A stretch of 64,000 bases of DNA from Cercozoa sp. M6MM (taxonomy: Eukaryota; Protista; Endomyxa: Ascetosporea): assembly GCA_040357565.1 (NCBI GenBank), contig JBDODJ010000003.1. One strand, 5' to 3'. A program made the translations under genes and the position numbers. The notes beneath the pieces are model-generated. The model searched no databases and had not been told where the DNA came from. It saw nothing but the letters and a program-made list of their open reading frames with translations. Positions 11,985 to 25,955 of the stretch are shown here, piece by piece. How positions within the stretch are numbered: the stretch's first letter is position 1; the number at the start of each line of letters is the position of its first letter.

Positions 11985-14087
11985 CTAGTCGCGTGAGACG
12001 AGACCCGGCGAGTCGAGCACGGCATAGCCCTGAAAGGCAAGGGATAGGTGTGTCCCCTGGCAAAAAGGAAAACGCTCTGTACAGTGTTGACGCCGCCTTC
12101 GTTCACTCCGACGTGCTTGGTGCGCACAAGGTGGCCGCCGACGGCCTCACAGAGCACCGAGTCGGCGTCACTTACGATGGAGGAGAAGAAGCCGACTTCG
12201 TTGAGGCACTGCGACAGCACAGTCGAAAGGTTGCGTGTGTTAGTGAGTTAAGCAAGGAGTACCGGGCCTTCCGAAACGCCGCTGGCCGTGACCAGACAGG
12301 CCGTTCGTGGAGCCGGTCGAATGCGCTTCATGAGCACAAAGGCAGCTCGCTCACGCGGCGACAACTGACGCAGTTTCTCGACAGCGTCGGCGCCATAGAA
12401 GTTGCATCCGCCGCCTTCGCGCTGCGGCTTCAGCACGAAATCGTCGGGATTGGCAATCACGGTTTCCACGATCTGGTTGACTGCCTCCTCGCCGACCTGC
12501 CAGAGGGGTACAGTGTGCATTGTCTGTTCTGAATGGTGAATGATAGTAGTAGCCTACCTCATCGATACTGAGCGAGTACATTGGCGCAAAGAACGGCAGC
12601 AGTCGCTGCACCTCGTCGTTGGATAGGAAGCGACGCAGCACCGACGGCTGCGTCAGCAGCTGCTGTACCTTCTTGGTGCCGGCCAGCTGCGAGGCCACGC
12701 ACGGCACCAGCACGGCACTGCTGCGCTCCAGTGCCTGCCTCAAATACCGATAATCATACATATTTCTATAGACATCAATATATATATATATATATATATT
12801 GATGTGTGAGATAGACTGGAAGGTAAGGGTACAGCGCGTGCAGTCCACTCCTGCTCGGTTGGGTAGTCAACAGGCGTGTAGGCAGAGCGAAAGTAGACCA
12901 GCGAGGCCACACGGCCGTCAACTTCGACGTGTCCGTCGGTGTTAACCTGCAGCTGACCCAGTGGCACACGCGCGACATCGCAGCCCTCCTCACCTGCAGT
13001 TAAGCAAATAACACAAAGGCAGCACACAGAAAATTGACTGACCTGACTCGAGAAAGAATTGTAAGTGTCGCTGATCTGTCGCGTTTCGCTCTTCCGGTTG
13101 CACGACAAAGACGATCAAAGGACGGCCCTAACCCCAAAAAATTATGCAAGGTATACCCTAAACCATACAGGTGTATAGCACGAAGGTACAGAAAGCGAGT
13201 TGCGCTGAGCGTGCTCATAGGCAGCACGCTGCAGCAGCGCGAAGGTCCGCTGGGTTCCCTGCTTGGGCAGCAGCACGCCGCTGTCGCGGTTGCTGTGCAT
13301 ATGCCAGAGCGACACGCGCTGCGACAGGAAGGCGAAGGACGCTGCGATCGTGTTAAGCTCTACCTGCAGGAAGTGCGGTTTGCCCTCACTGTACAGAGTG
13401 TTTGTGTGGTTCCACATAATAAACATATTGCACATAAACTAAGCATTGTACGTAGGCACGTGCAGCATGTAGTCGGAGCGGAAAATGTTCGCGCGCAGCT
13501 GCTGCGGCTTCTCCGGCAAGCACTCGATCAGTTTGCGCTGTACACAAAGCCACGTGCAATCTTAGACGACATGTGCAGCAAGTATCCATACAGTGAACTC
13601 GTCAGTCTCTGCAACAGTGGCAAGAGACTCGCGAAGGAACTCTTCATCGCGCGAGACTCGATCATACCTGAACACTCGCACACTCCTTCCTAGCACCAAG
13701 AGCCATAAATAAAACGAGTACAGGTTGTTCAGCAGGTAAGACGCGTTCTGCGCATCGCAAAATCTGCGATTTAACAATGTAAACATTTAACTGAACTCAA
13801 ACAGCCCAATGAAAGTACGCTTCGGCCGGGAATTCTGTCGGGTACAACGAGAACGGTGCGTGCACCAAACTCTTGCCGTCTGGCGCTCCCTGTTGTCGCA
13901 AATTATGGCGTCACGACCAAGTTTTACAACTCAAAGTTCACATACCACTAGTAGGCCATTGCATTGCGCAAAGGCGCGCGCGTTCTCCACGAAAATGTCG
14001 TGCTTCGACTGAGTTTCCAAAAAGAAGAAATCAACTCACCACGGAGCAGCCTGATGCAATCGAAAACCCTACCGGCGCAGAACTCAT
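11985..14087 (-). CDS. GSS: Glutathione synthetase (eukaryotic type); spliced
   Basis: HAPFSLYP, FRSDYMLH, QVELNTIAASF, VYFRSAYTPVDY, QLAGTKKVQQ, FVLKPQREGGG, GHLVRTK…NEGGV…GYAVLDSP; start codon approximate. Confidence 0.95.
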
Positions 14088-14269
14088 ATGCTAAAGTTGC
14101 GCTCAAAAGTAGCAGCACGCGCTCGAGCACACTAAATCGGAATTTAGTTGAAGCGACTCTCACCGCGATGCCTACAGTAAGAGATCGAATTTAGACCAGA
14201 AATGGGCAGTACTGTACATTATAAATACGCTGTGCCTTGATCTGAGTGTTTGAAGGTCCTGCGTAGTGC

Positions 14270-14291
14270 ACGCGCGTATAAAACGCGTATA
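14270..14291 (+). promoter_or_regulatory. Tandem CGCGTATA with an ACGCGT (MCB-like) site upstream of MCM10
   Basis: acgcgcgtataaaacgcgtata about 90-110 bp upstream of the MCM10 ATG in the divergent GSS/MCM10 spacer; function inferred by analogy only. Confidence 0.3.
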
Positions 14292-14378
14292 GGGCAATTT
14301 TATTGCTCTCCAGTGCCGGCGAGGGTGCCAATTTTTCGCGTCGGTCATATCTTCTCTTCCGCGCGGTTCGGTCAGAGC

Positions 14379-16653
14379 ATGTCACTCGCCGAGCTTTTCG
14401 GTGAAGACGCCGCTAAAGACGAACGTGAAAAGCTGCTGTTGCGGAGTGACTCGGAAAGTGACAGCGACAGTGACAGCGACAGCAGCGATGATGAAGCACT
14501 GGTGAAGAAAACACCGTCGAAAGCAGCTTCAAACGCACCGCCAAAAGCGAAGGCTGGAGCTTCCACAAGTGATTTCCGAGCAGCTGACAGGCCCGAAAAG
14601 CCATTTAGATTGCCTGCTCCGTTTTCGCACCTTCGAATTCAGCAGCCTACACAAATTCCTCTGACGACGATTCGACTGGCACTGGCTCGCAACAAGTACA
14701 TTTGCTTACCTTTTTTGTCAGACTTTAGTTAAACCCAAGTGTACCTTTGGTTAGATGCGTGAGTCTCAAAGCCTCGTTCTCGGACTGGAAGAGGGCAGCA
14801 GCCGATCTGCCGCGGCCAGGCACGGTGGCGGCCAGGCGAAAGACGAAACCCGTGTCGCTCAAGTCGACGCTTGTTGGAGTTGTCGTCTCTTGCAAGAAAA
14901 AGACAAGTGCGAACGGCAGCTTGTTTTCAACGCTCGAATTGAGCGACTTGGCCGAGCAGGTAACATACTTGATTTATATAGTACTGACAATGAAGCATGT
15001 TCGTATGTTTCAGTCAACTCGGATAACGTGCTTCCTGCACCGTGCAGCGCAGTCGCGGTGGCAGGAGCAGCTGAAACCCGGTCTCGTTATTGCACTGGCC
15101 GCGCCGACTGTGGTTCCGCCTCGTGATGCCAAGGTCTGTTGTTTTAAAAGAATTAGAACCGATGAATTAGTTGAAGGTGCGTTTTTTACAGATGGATCGC
15201 GCCTCGTTCTCCGTGAGCGACGCACAGCAACTACTCGTGTTTGGTCCGTGCGCCGACTTTGCCTACTGCCGCGCAGTGGCTCAGCGCAGTGGTTTGCGTT
15301 GCCGCAACGCCGTCAATAGTTCGCTGTTTGAGTACTGCGACTACCACGCCCGGCAGGTACTTCCCATGTTTTGTATTACAGTACATTAGTTATTCTATAT
15401 CTTTGTGTTTATTTGTTATTCTATTTCTTATATTCCTATCTTATGTATATTGCTGTGTCAAATGTTGGCAGGAGCACAAAAAGTACAGCGCGCGCCGAGG
15501 TGCAGCGACGAGTCTCGGGACAGGCACGTACCAAGGACTGCGAGGCACCTCAAGCCGCGGCAAAGCCAACGCACCACGAGCCTTGAACGACACCGAGGCG
15601 CAACTCGAAATGAAGCGCTACCTGGGCAACAGGAGGCGTCCAGTCGGACAGAAGGAAATGTCGGTCGACCCGGGTCGCATGCAGGAGAAGATTCGTCGCT
15701 CGGACGAGACTGTGCGAGTCGTCGGAGTCAACGGCGAGGTGCGTTCTGTGCTCAAGGAAGACGCCATTCGTGAGCAAGCTGCGCTGCAGCGTTCCAGCGT
15801 GGCGCGACAGCGACTGGCGGCAAAGTTCAAGGCGTTGCAAAATGGCGATCAGTCGACTGAACGAGTAACAGACAGAGGGTCGACCTCAACGCCCTCTCGA
15901 TCGCGAACTGCCGCCTCGTCGAAAGCGACAACACCACTCGAACGCAAGCTCAGCAAGCAAGGCTTCGAAGGAGGCGGTCTCACACTCAAGCTCGATGAGC
16001 CTCCTGCAGCAACGACGAGTGTGCTCGGCAAACGCACGCAACGAGAGCAGCCGAAACAAGCCAGCACCGACATTGACATGAGCGACATCACCGGCTTTGC
16101 CAACGAAAGCTCGCGTGCCAAGAAGCTGCGCGCTGCCGCCAACGAGAAGCAGCTCAAGACGGCGCTGGGTCGAGTTTCGCGATTCGCGCGACACGTCTCC
16201 TTGCAACAACGTGAGAACATTCTGGTACCCTTGGATTTCACTGCTTGACTGATTCCACGACTGTCTAATATATGTGTGTATGTGCAGAGTGAACTGGACA
16301 CACTGGCCAAGGCCGACCGTGCCGAGCAGCGAATGCAGCGTGTCACAGAGTCCAAGGTGTCGTGCGTCAAGTGCCTCGACTGCGGTTACGTGCAACGCAA
16401 GCCGCGCCTGCTATGCAAGTCGCGCAATCACCAGCTCGCCTTTGGCAAGGCGACACTGCACCACTTTTTCTGCCAGGATTGCGGTCGCTCCGAGTCATGT
16501 TTTACCAAGCACGTGACGCACGCGTGTCGCGGCTGCGGCGGCCGGCGCTTCAAGAGCGGTGGCGGCGGTCTCCACAAGGTGCGACTCGACATCACGTCGC
16601 GTTCGCAGCTCTCCGAGATGAAGAAGACGTCCGGCGAGCGCTTCCTTCGCTGA
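14379..16653 (+). CDS. MCM10: DNA replication factor MCM10; spliced
   Basis: LRIQQP, OB-fold (GVVVSCK…FSTLELSDL…GLVIAL), CCCH zinc finger (CRAVAQRSGLRCRNAVN…YCDYH) and C-terminal Cys clusters (CLDC, CKSRNH, FFCQDC, CRGCG). Confidence 0.88.
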
Positions 16654-16767
16654 GCAGTGCCGTGCGGCATGTGCTTGAACAAAAAATTGACGTGAACGGA
16701 AACATATCCGAGTCCAGGCTCAACGGAAATCAACGGACCGGACTGTATGTATCACGTTTATAGAAAG

Positions 16768-16839
16768 GGGAGTTGGATGGCCCCACCCTAAGCGGGAGAT
16801 GGATGGCGGCCATGCGCTTGTGACCGGACCCATCCCAGG
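16768..16839 (-). ncRNA. Dispersed structured element, copy B
   Basis: Minus-strand cctgggatgggtccggtcacaagcgcatggccgccatccatctcccgcttagggtggggccatccaactccc, in the spacer between convergent MCM10 and TrmO. Confidence 0.55.
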
Positions 16840-17045
16840 TACCGTACAGGGAACGGGAATTCGAAATGAATTTAAGTTACATAACGTAAGTTGGTTTCTT
16901 AGTAGACTGAACTAACTACTGTAGTTGTACTTGTACGGTAAGGTAAGTTTAAACAAAAATACGCGCACGGCACGAGCAGGCTTGCCGTGCGTTGGAAGTT
17001 CGGTTGTTTTGTGTGCATTCGTGTCGAAATCCACGATCACTCGGC

Positions 17046-18862
17046 TTACTCACACTCCGGCTCGCACTCCATCGAATGTTGCGCCACATATTCCTGCAGT
17101 TCGTGCAGCCACTGCTTCGAGCGTTGCCTAAAGTCAGCACCGCGATTACTTGGCTGCGTAGAATAGCGTAGCACACGGAACATACGGTGTTTGCGTTGCC
17201 CTCTCGTGCCTCACACGAACTACCTGTGAGATAGAAACTCAAAACACAGACCCTGAAGACACTAGAGAAATGTGCCGTGAACGTAAGCGGATTCGTGTTG
17301 ACTTGGAAATCAACTAAAAGCGAGTCGATTGAGAGACCGTAGTACGCGCCATCTGCGTCTCAATTCGAGTTGAAACTTATCACACAGAACAAGACAAAAA
17401 GTACCTCCATGGTTGGCCTTGGAGTGAGCCGTCCGACAATCCATTTTCAACGTGTCATTGATGACATTGTGTGCTTCTTGCGCACTCGTCAATAAATCAA
17501 AGTCGGTCACTCTGCACACACAAAGCACAGTGACCTCAACTAGCAAGAAACAAGGTCAGACGTACTGATGCAGCTGCTGCAACGCCAATGGATGCCATTT
17601 GACCAATGCAGTATCAATTCCTAGAAGGGCATCATTGGAGGGCAGCCATGTCGGGTACTTGACTTGCTGAGGGACGTCACTCGGATGAACGGGTTTAACG
17701 TCCTAAATGAACAGCCCATACGCTACAAGGAAGTCACTTTCGAGGCAAAAGTGGTCCTACAATGACTGGCGTGCCATCGACAAGATCAACGTTCTCCAGG
17801 TGCAAAGTGTTGCCTTCGATACTTTTTATTTTGACCAACGAAAGGCCCTGTTTAAAAAGAGGCATAGACACACCAAACATGGAGTTGAAAAGGCGTAAAA
17901 CAATTGGATTCGGTCGGTGCGGCGAACGACTCGCAAAAACGCCGATTTTGTGCTCGCCATTGAAGCGTGGTGCTCGTACCTTTGTGCACATTGTTTCTTC
18001 TACCCGAGTCAAGGCGGCCCGAATGAAAACTGACCATACCAGAGAACGAAGAGACGATGTTTTATTTGTCGCATCAAAATTCGCGTTGCGATCAAAGAGG
18101 AACAAGAGCCAACTGAAGGAGTACAAGCGGGTAAACTGGGGACAAGGGAGGTACAAACAAACAAAGTCACCAGTGTGAGTACTGCTCGAGTGATCGCAAG
18201 GCAGTGGGATCAAGATCGGGACTCAGGGTGACACGTGCAGGCCCACTGCACAGACTGCCCTGACGCGGACAGCCGAACTTCTCCCTCCAGATTGAGTGCA
18301 CTGCGCAGTTATCTAAACTTACTTACACACTGCTGTTTAAGTGTTAAGCACCTTTTCCGATGGGTCGAACCGAAAAGTGTTCCGAGTCGCTGTTGTTTTG
18401 ACTTTCTTCGTGTTCTGGCTCCCTCTGTGCTTTTGGAAACAAAAGGACGACAAGGCTGAAGGTGGAACTTGAGTACCTCATGCGACACAAACTGGATCAG
18501 AGGTCCGCACGTGCGAACAGAGTACCCGTGATTGTTTACTTCAGCATCAACAGCACGTGCCAACTGAGTGGCGACTGCGAAATGCCAATACAGATAAAAG
18601 AAAAAGAAGCAACATTTCAGGCCAAAGTACAATCGGCCAGGTCGCGTTTCCTTCGCCCTTCTTCCTGCAGGAAAAATGCGACTGGCGACTCAAAATCTGC
18701 GCCTTTTTTGGGTATCCGCAGCTGCAAAATATCCAACATTCCATAGCTACACCTGCCCTTGTTGCACAATCGTACGAGTGGTTCCACGTTGCGGCCTGTC
18801 TGTTGTTTGACTGCGCCCGCCAAAATTCGACTGAGCGCGCGTTGCGCTTTGGCCTTTGTCAT
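17046..18862 (-). CDS. TRMO: tRNA m6t6A37 methyltransferase TrmO/TsaA; spliced
   Basis: RPIGK|[29 protein letters not shown]…[14 protein letters not shown]|[13 protein letters not shown]|DVKP; both ends approximate. Confidence 0.9.
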
Positions 18863-19019
18863 TTAAGGGGTATTAACATGCACATGCGCATATCGTTGCA
18901 TCTAATTATTGTGCGTCGCACTCATTATTTTGTGATCAAACACTGGGGTGCTTCGTTGCCTGAGCTTAAAACAGGACCCAGGCGTGTGTGGTTACTGCGT
19001 AGGTTTTAGGGGTGATACC

Positions 19020-20395
19020 ATGCGCTTGATCGCTCCACTGTTTGTTTTCGCTGCAGTGGCCAGGTAGTGTGCATCATTGGAATAGCGTACTTGCGCTAAA
19101 GGAGTACGGGAAACATCGCTGTAGCGGACAGCGAACGGGTGCCCCTGTGGGCGATTACGACGTGCTTGTGCTGTCGCAGTCATGGCAAACCACGTTTTGC
19201 TGTGCTTGGTAGCACCACCATTCGACATTGGTTGTGTGGATAGTATCTACTGTATTTTTGTTTATCAATGAGCAGTCCCGATGCGATGGAGTGCTCTGCC
19301 TACGACGAGACTCACGTAGCGGCCTCTGAGTTGTCGCTACACGGTCTGTGGCCCAACTACGACGATGACGGTATAGTTATCTGGCCCTTTTGACCTTGTC
19401 TCTCGTTAGCACGGCTTTCTGCTGGCACAGGAGAGCAGCGAACCGGCCAGATGTACCCGCAGTTCTGCGACGTGTGGGCACGTTGCTTCTTCGACATGTT
19501 CCGGTGGTCGAGCTCGTGCGCAGTATCAGACCAAGTGCTAAACAAGTACAGCGATGACTTTGGTAGCCTTTATTTTTTATGGATATACTTATATAGTATA
19601 TAGTAATAATGATATCATAGACAGACCAGTATGCTCCTGGCTACGCACGCGAAGACAACGCCGCGGCACACCACGAGTTCCAGAAGCATGGCACTGTACA
19701 CATGTCAAGACACTGTTGTTGTAGGTGCTGTTGGTCTACTACACTTCCACCTGCAGTGCATGCCGATTGATGCCGATGCCTTCTTCGAGGAGAGCTTCCG
19801 CGCGCACAGACGAATGCCGACGCCTGCCGTGATTCGCACCAATGTCGGCAAGACAGTACTTTGTCTCTCTGTTGCCGGCCCGTCTGATGAGTATTGCAAT
19901 ACAGTATGTTTAATGTCAGGTGTCGCTGAGTGCCCTGCAAGAGGCCTACGGCGGTGCTGACTCGGTGGGCATCTCCTGCACCTCCGAAGGCGACCTGGAC
20001 CAAGTTTTCACGTGCTACGCGCCTTCATTCGACAAGTCACGCCTGGACTTCCGCGTCAACTGTCCGCGCAACCTACTCAAGAGTGCCTACACCAACGGGT
20101 GCCACGTCAACGGACACGGCACTGTGCGCATCCCACTCGCTACGGTAGTACTCCTGCCTCCCTTCTTTTAGACTTTCCTTTAAGTTTTACCTCCTCTAAC
20201 ACAACACACTTCATGTGTAGAAACAATGCGACGAGCATCATTTGCGCCAGAACTTTGTCTGTGAAACTGTACCGTTTGATACTTCAATTTTTATTGTACT
20301 TTAAATGTACCTATCTCTTGCTTTTTTGTGCAGATGCCGCCAAAGCCCACTCGAACTCGCCAACGCATGATTTACTGAGGTTACTGGGGTATTGA
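19020..20395 (+). CDS. Secreted ribonuclease T2; spliced
   Basis: Signal MRLIAPLFVFAAVA, DYDVLVLSQSWQTTFC, CAS I LHGLWPN and CAS II HEFQKHGT|C; last exon uncertain. Confidence 0.9.
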
Positions 20396-20663
20396 TTGCT
20401 GAATACACACCTCAGCCTGCGCTGTCAGTTGGCATCGAATCCGTCAACTCCGCCCGAGTTCGCTTTCGTTTCGTTTGTCTTCACGACGCCCGAACGCTAG
20501 ATTTGTTTTTGTTCTGAACGCAGCCTGTCTCAACGTGGCACAGGCACCACGAGCTTCCAACCGGCTCAATACCTTGTTTATTTTGGCTATACAGGACTGT
20601 ACTAGTTCAGGTAGTGTGCGCAGGCGTGTGTTAGTACCGTTTGCACCACCTTAGTACATCTGG

Positions 20664-23600
20664 ATGGATCAAACGAGCGAATCCGAGCTGGCAGCCCAGC
20701 AGTCATTGCTGGAGCGCTCGATTGCCGCGTCACCTTTCGAAGCTTACGATACGCGCGGTATCGTCGCTTTTCCTAATTTGCCTGCTCCGGATTTTGCATT
20801 TTATTGAATGGTAGTCGCGTTGGTACAAGTGCTTTGGCAGCGCGGCGATGTCAATGGTGCCAGGTAATTTATTTCTGTATTTTGCTACCTTGAGTCGCCA
20901 TCCCTGGTTTGCGCAGGAAAGCGATGCAAGAACTGCACCAATTGCATCCAGTGCACGCAGCTGCCTGGCTGAAAACCATTGAAGCCGAGAAGGAACTCGC
21001 TGACGCAACTGTTTGTTTTTCCCAATCGTTTTTGATGAGTAGTGTTAATTAAATTGTTGACACTTTTTAGGCCGAGTTGGGCGAGGACTCCGACTCAGAC
21101 TCGGAAGACGAAGACATGAATGACGAGGATGTTGGCACTGCTTCGTCGCCCTACGACACGGTTCTGCACCAGTGTGATCTGGCATTGGTAGGTTACAAAC
21201 ACTTCTGTGAAGACACTGTGTTCTGTGAATGGAGGTTTTTGTACTGCGGCAGGATGACTACGCCGACGCCAATATCGCGCTGCAAATGCTCAAGATTGCA
21301 CGGATTTCGACGAAACTTGCGCTTCAGAAGATTCGCCGAATGGTGTGTATTCTCCAGTTCTTCTTTTACTGCTGCTTGTGTTGGGAAATACAAAATGCAG
21401 AAGGCGCCCGACGATGCGAAACAAAGCAAAGTTGACGAAATTCTTGAACAATTGCGTTCGCGTGAAGGTTTCACTTCTTTTATAGTTTCGATCATTACAT
21501 TGTGACTATTAAATCTGAGTTATTTTTGAATTTTACTGTATTTTTGAAAGTTTCGCTCGGATAAGTTTGTTTGGTTTGTTGACAAAGACGAGGCTCTGCG
21601 AAGGGTTGGAAGAGACTTCCGTCGCGGTCACGAAGTGTTCGAAGCCGTACGTGCGCTGGAACAAGAATTCGGCACGCCTGTATACTTGCTCCTCTATCTG
21701 TGTGTTTCATCTATTGAACTTTTTTGATTGTTTGACGTGCAGGAGAATGTTCTGCAAGTCTACAAACGGCAGTTCGCGAGTGCTTTTGTTTTCGGTGCTG
21801 GAAATGACCTCGTAAATTATATTCATTCGATTTTTTAGTTAATCCACGTACTTTTGTTTGTGTTTTAAGCAGAAAAAGGCGACGGAACTGGCACAGCAGC
21901 ACAGTCTTGACTCGGAAGCCTTGACTGAACTGTTCGCAAACAACGAAAAAGTTACTGAATTCGTGAGCGAACTCGAAACTCAGCTCGGAGAACCTGGTTT
22001 GTTTTGCAGTCGTATCCCTCCTTGTGACTTTCCAACTTTATCCTGCTGTTTGAAGAGGCGAGTGCACCTGGTGCTCCGTCGGAGGAACGAGTGCAGCGGT
22101 GGCTACAGCACTTGCAGTCGGTGCAGCAGTCGCCGCACAAAGCTCTGCAAAAGTTCTCGCAGTTCGAGGCGCTTCTCGCTCGCTTCAACTCTGAGTGTAT
22201 TGCCTTTTTACCCCCTGCCCTTTGCTTCCTCACTTTTTTTGCTTTACCCTTTACCTTTTACCATTTTACCCTTTGCATTTCACCCTTTTACCCTTCGCCC
22301 TTTACGTTTTACCTTACCGTTCCTTGCAGGCTTTCTGTGGCCGCAGACGTGGCAGCGCACGCTCGAGTACCTGCAGCGCGAGTGCACGCTGCCGCTGACG
22401 CAGCTGTATTTGCCGCTGTTCCGCGCGGCCACGCGTGCCGTGCGCAACACGCCGCAGTACGTCTATGCGTGGCAGTGTCTGTTCGAGGCACTCGCCATGC
22501 CGCGTGCCGCCTCGCTGTCGCCTGGTAAGCACCGTCCCACTCACCTGGTCACACTGACTCATCATATGGTCACTGAGCACCGTCGCATGTGCGCAGAACT
22601 ATGTCCGCCCACGGTGCGATCGCACTGGACGCGCGTGCCACTGGCCGAGCTGTCTCCAAGCGACGAGGTCGAGGTCGCGCTGCGCGAGGGCGTCGCTGTC
22701 TTTGCACGTGCAGGTACTTTATGGCTCGCATGTGTGTGACTGGTGACTGGTGACTGGTGAATGGTGACTGATGACTGATGTGTGACACGTGTCCAGGTGC
22801 GCAAGACGGTGTGCTGTCGGTGGCATTGGCCGCCTGCGTGGCACTGCGCCGACTGGAGCACGCGTGTCCTCAGTACGCTCTCGTGTACGCCGTGGCGGCG
22901 TTGCAGAACACGCAGCCCACTTCGGTATTAATTCTCTCTTGTTAAGGGTGCGTTTTCTCTTTGTTACGGTCGCATTGGCATCTGGGCAATGCAGACTGTT
23001 TTTGATGACACGAAACTGCCGAAATTTACGCCGACGGATGTCGCATTCGCTTTTTTCAACGCGTGGATCGATTTGCTCGTCGATCTGCATCACGCCGCTG
23101 GTTTATCCCTCTTTACTTCCCCTCTTTACTTCCCTTGTATACCCCCTTCTTACCCCTCTTACACCCTCTTTACTTTTTACCTCCTGTACCCCTCCTGTCA
23201 CACTTGGACACAGAGGAAAGTGACTACTTGGAACAAGCGTCGAAGATTCACACGTTGCTGACTCGCTTGTTTCCCAAGGTGCCCCTTGTTTTACCCCCCC
23301 CCCCCGTACCTCTTTACCCCATGTTTGTTCACTGGTTGATTGAGGTCGCAGATGCCGACAGTGTGGCAAGCGGCGGCGCAGTTCGAAACGACGCTGCGCG
23401 CCGATTACAAGGCGGCACGTGCCATCTACAAGGTGGGCTTTACCCTTTACCCCCTCTTACTTCACCTCTATACCCCTCTCTACCCTCTTCACCCCCTCTT
23501 TATCCTACCATTTGCAGAAAGCAGTGAACGCAGCAGTGACGTCGGAAGCGTTGGCGACTGTTGCTGTTGAGGTACACTTTACCCTCTACCCCTACCCGCT

Positions 23601-25547
23601 ACCCCTCCCGTTTACCCCGTGCCCTTTTCCCCCCCCCCCCCCCCCCCGACAGTGGCGTCGCTTTGAACAATCGCACGGCGGCGTGTCGGATGCGCGACTG
23701 GTTGACACGCGTCTGCAGGAACGCCAGCGCATTCTGGCGCGGTACTTTTCCCCCCATATCCCTTACCTTCTTACNNNNNNNNNNNNNNNNNNNNNNNNNN
23801 NNNNNNNNNNNNNNNNNNNNNNNNNNNNNNNNNNNNNNNNNNNNNNNNNNNNNNNNNNNNNNNNNNNNNNNNNNCCCCCAGGAAGGAGAAAAAGACGAAG
23901 CGCGGCCGAGCGGAGATAACGCCGAAAGAAAGCGACGCCGACGAACGCGAAATTCTGCGCGAGATGCGGCGCAACCTCCAGTTGCGTGCCGAGCGGTACA
24001 CTTAGCTTGCCCAGTTGGCACGTGCCAGGGACCAATCGATCACTGAGTGATCAGTCAGTGATCAACTGCGTGTGTATGTTTTGGGGTCAAAAGGGACCGT
24101 CTGCAGCGCGAGCGACAGGCGCAAAAGTACCTGCCGCAGCAGGACGAAAAAATCGACGAATTGGCGCCGGAGAACGTCAAGCGCGCGCGTCATGGCGACG
24201 GTAATTACACCTCCCCTACCCTACCCCTACCCTACCCTCTATCCTACCCCTACCCCTACCCCTACCCCCTATCCTACCCCTATCCCTACCTCTACCCCCT
24301 TACCCCTACCCCTCTTACCCCCTTACCCCAGAGCGAGCGAAGCCAGCTGCAGGCGTGAGCGACAAGCACACGGCCTTTGTGTTCAACCTGCCGCCCGAGT
24401 GCGACGACACGGCGCTGCTGCAGTGGCTGCACATGCAGGCCAGCGACCGCAGCAACGGCGCCGTGCCTGACGTAGGCTTGTTTACTCCCACCTTTACCCC
24501 TTACCCTTACCCCTTACCCTTACCCCTTACCCTTACCCCTTGCCCCTTGCCCTTGCCCCTTGCCCCTCGCCCCTTACCCCCTACCCTTACCCTCCGGTAG
24601 ATCCACAAGGCACTGCCGCACGGCGAGAGTTTCGCCGACCACAGCACGGGCATCCGCATCCTCAAGCAGCGCGGCGGCGGCAGTCGCGGCCAGGCCTTTG
24701 TGGACTTCGAGACGGCCGAGTGGCGCGATGCCGCCGTCGCTTCGCTGCACGGACGTCTGCTGCACGACCGCGCTCTCCAGTGGGTGCTTTACCCCCCTCT
24801 TTACCCTCACCCCTTTATCCCTCTACCCCCACCACTTTACCCCCACCCTTTACCCCCACCCTTTACCCCGGTGGTAGCGCCGCGGCCGCGGCACGGGCGA
24901 GCAGAAGGACGTAACGGCGTCCGCGCGGACGTTGTACGTGGCACACACGCCGCGTCGCAGCGCCGATCGCGACATCCGCGCGGCCATGCAGGCGCTGCTG
25001 GCGCTGCGTGACCCGGAGGCCACCATGGACTTTGGCAAGGTGGAGGTACGCCCCGTGTATCTACCCCTATGTTCCCTCTTACTCCTCTTACCTTCTCTCC
25101 CAGGTGATCGAAGTGCGGCAAGGAATGACGCGCTCGGGCGACTTCAAGCCCTTCGCCTACGTGGAACTGGGCGACGCCGCGGCCGTGTCGCACGTGCTCA
25201 AGATGGCGGCGCAGATGGCGCTGCGTGGCACACCGCCGCAGATCGACGGCGTCACACTCGAGCTGCGCAAGTACGAACGCGGCGGCCGCAAGAAACGCGA
25301 GCGACGCGCGCCGACGCGACCGGTTCGACGGCCCAAACATGGCTTTGCCAGTGTTGTCAAGTTCGACAAGAAGGACAAGAAGGACAAGAAGGACAAGAAA
25401 GACGAGAAGGACAAGGCCAACAAGGGCACTAAGGCTGCTGAGGACAAGACTAATAAGGAAACTAAGGTCGATGACGCCGGTGCCATGCGCGATGATGAGT
25501 CGCCCAAGCCGCGCTCCAACGCCGACTTTGCCGCGCTCTTCTCCTGA
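20664..25547 (+). CDS. SART3: SART3/Prp24-like U4/U6 recycling factor (HAT repeats + 2 RRMs + LSm-binding tail); many introns, spans a gap
   Basis: HAT-like segments (WQAAAQFE…ARAIYK, WRRFEQSHG), RRMs (TAFVFNLP, RGQAFVDF, KPFAYVEL) and the C-terminal SNADFAALF motif. Confidence 0.85.
23775..23874. other. Assembly gap (100 N) inside a C-rich intron
   Basis: Run of N. Confidence 1.
24213..24328 (+). repeat. Intronic telomere-like (CCCCTA/CCCCTTA)n repeat
   Basis: Degenerate ccctaccctacccctac… tract between a GT donor and a CAG acceptor. Confidence 0.85.
24480..24595 (+). repeat. Intronic (CCCCTTA)n / (CCCTTG)n repeat
   Basis: ccccttacccttaccccttacccttacccc… fills the intron. Confidence 0.85.
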
Positions 25548-25955
25548 GTTTTGCTAGCCAAAAGTCAATACAGTTTAACGAACGACCAGCGATAGCGGTT
25601 CTTTTAGTGTTGGTGACTCAGTGTAGCCCATGATGTGGACATACCACGCTTCTTTCATGCAGGAAACAGAAGTAGCTTTTCTCCGCACAGAAGTGATTGG
25701 ATCCTCATCTTGACCGTTGATGCTTGTCCATGCATTACTGCTATCAGGGTCGAAGGTAGAACAGTGTAGAGGGGGCCTCATACCAGCTGGTGGTCAAGCA
25801 TTCCTACTTGATCCGCCTTAAGATTGAGTGCCTACATTTATCGCGTTTTTTTGGCTTCCAGCGCTCTGGAGTGCCCCGTCACTGCACTACAGCCAGATTT
25901 TGCCCAAGTTTGCTCACCTTCTACCCAACTCTGCTCAACTGCTCGAGTCTGCTTG

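Noticed and set aside
16768-16839. Known ribozyme (pistol-like ccctaagcg; twister-like ggtcacaagc)
   Set aside because: The required partner helices and conserved catalytic residues could not be placed by eye.
18235-19009. Plus-strand ORFs as a separate gene
   Set aside because: The region is occupied by the 5' exons of minus-strand TrmO.
25575-25800. Possible C/D snoRNA downstream of SART3
   Set aside because: C box is imperfect (atgatgt), with no well-placed D box or terminal stem.
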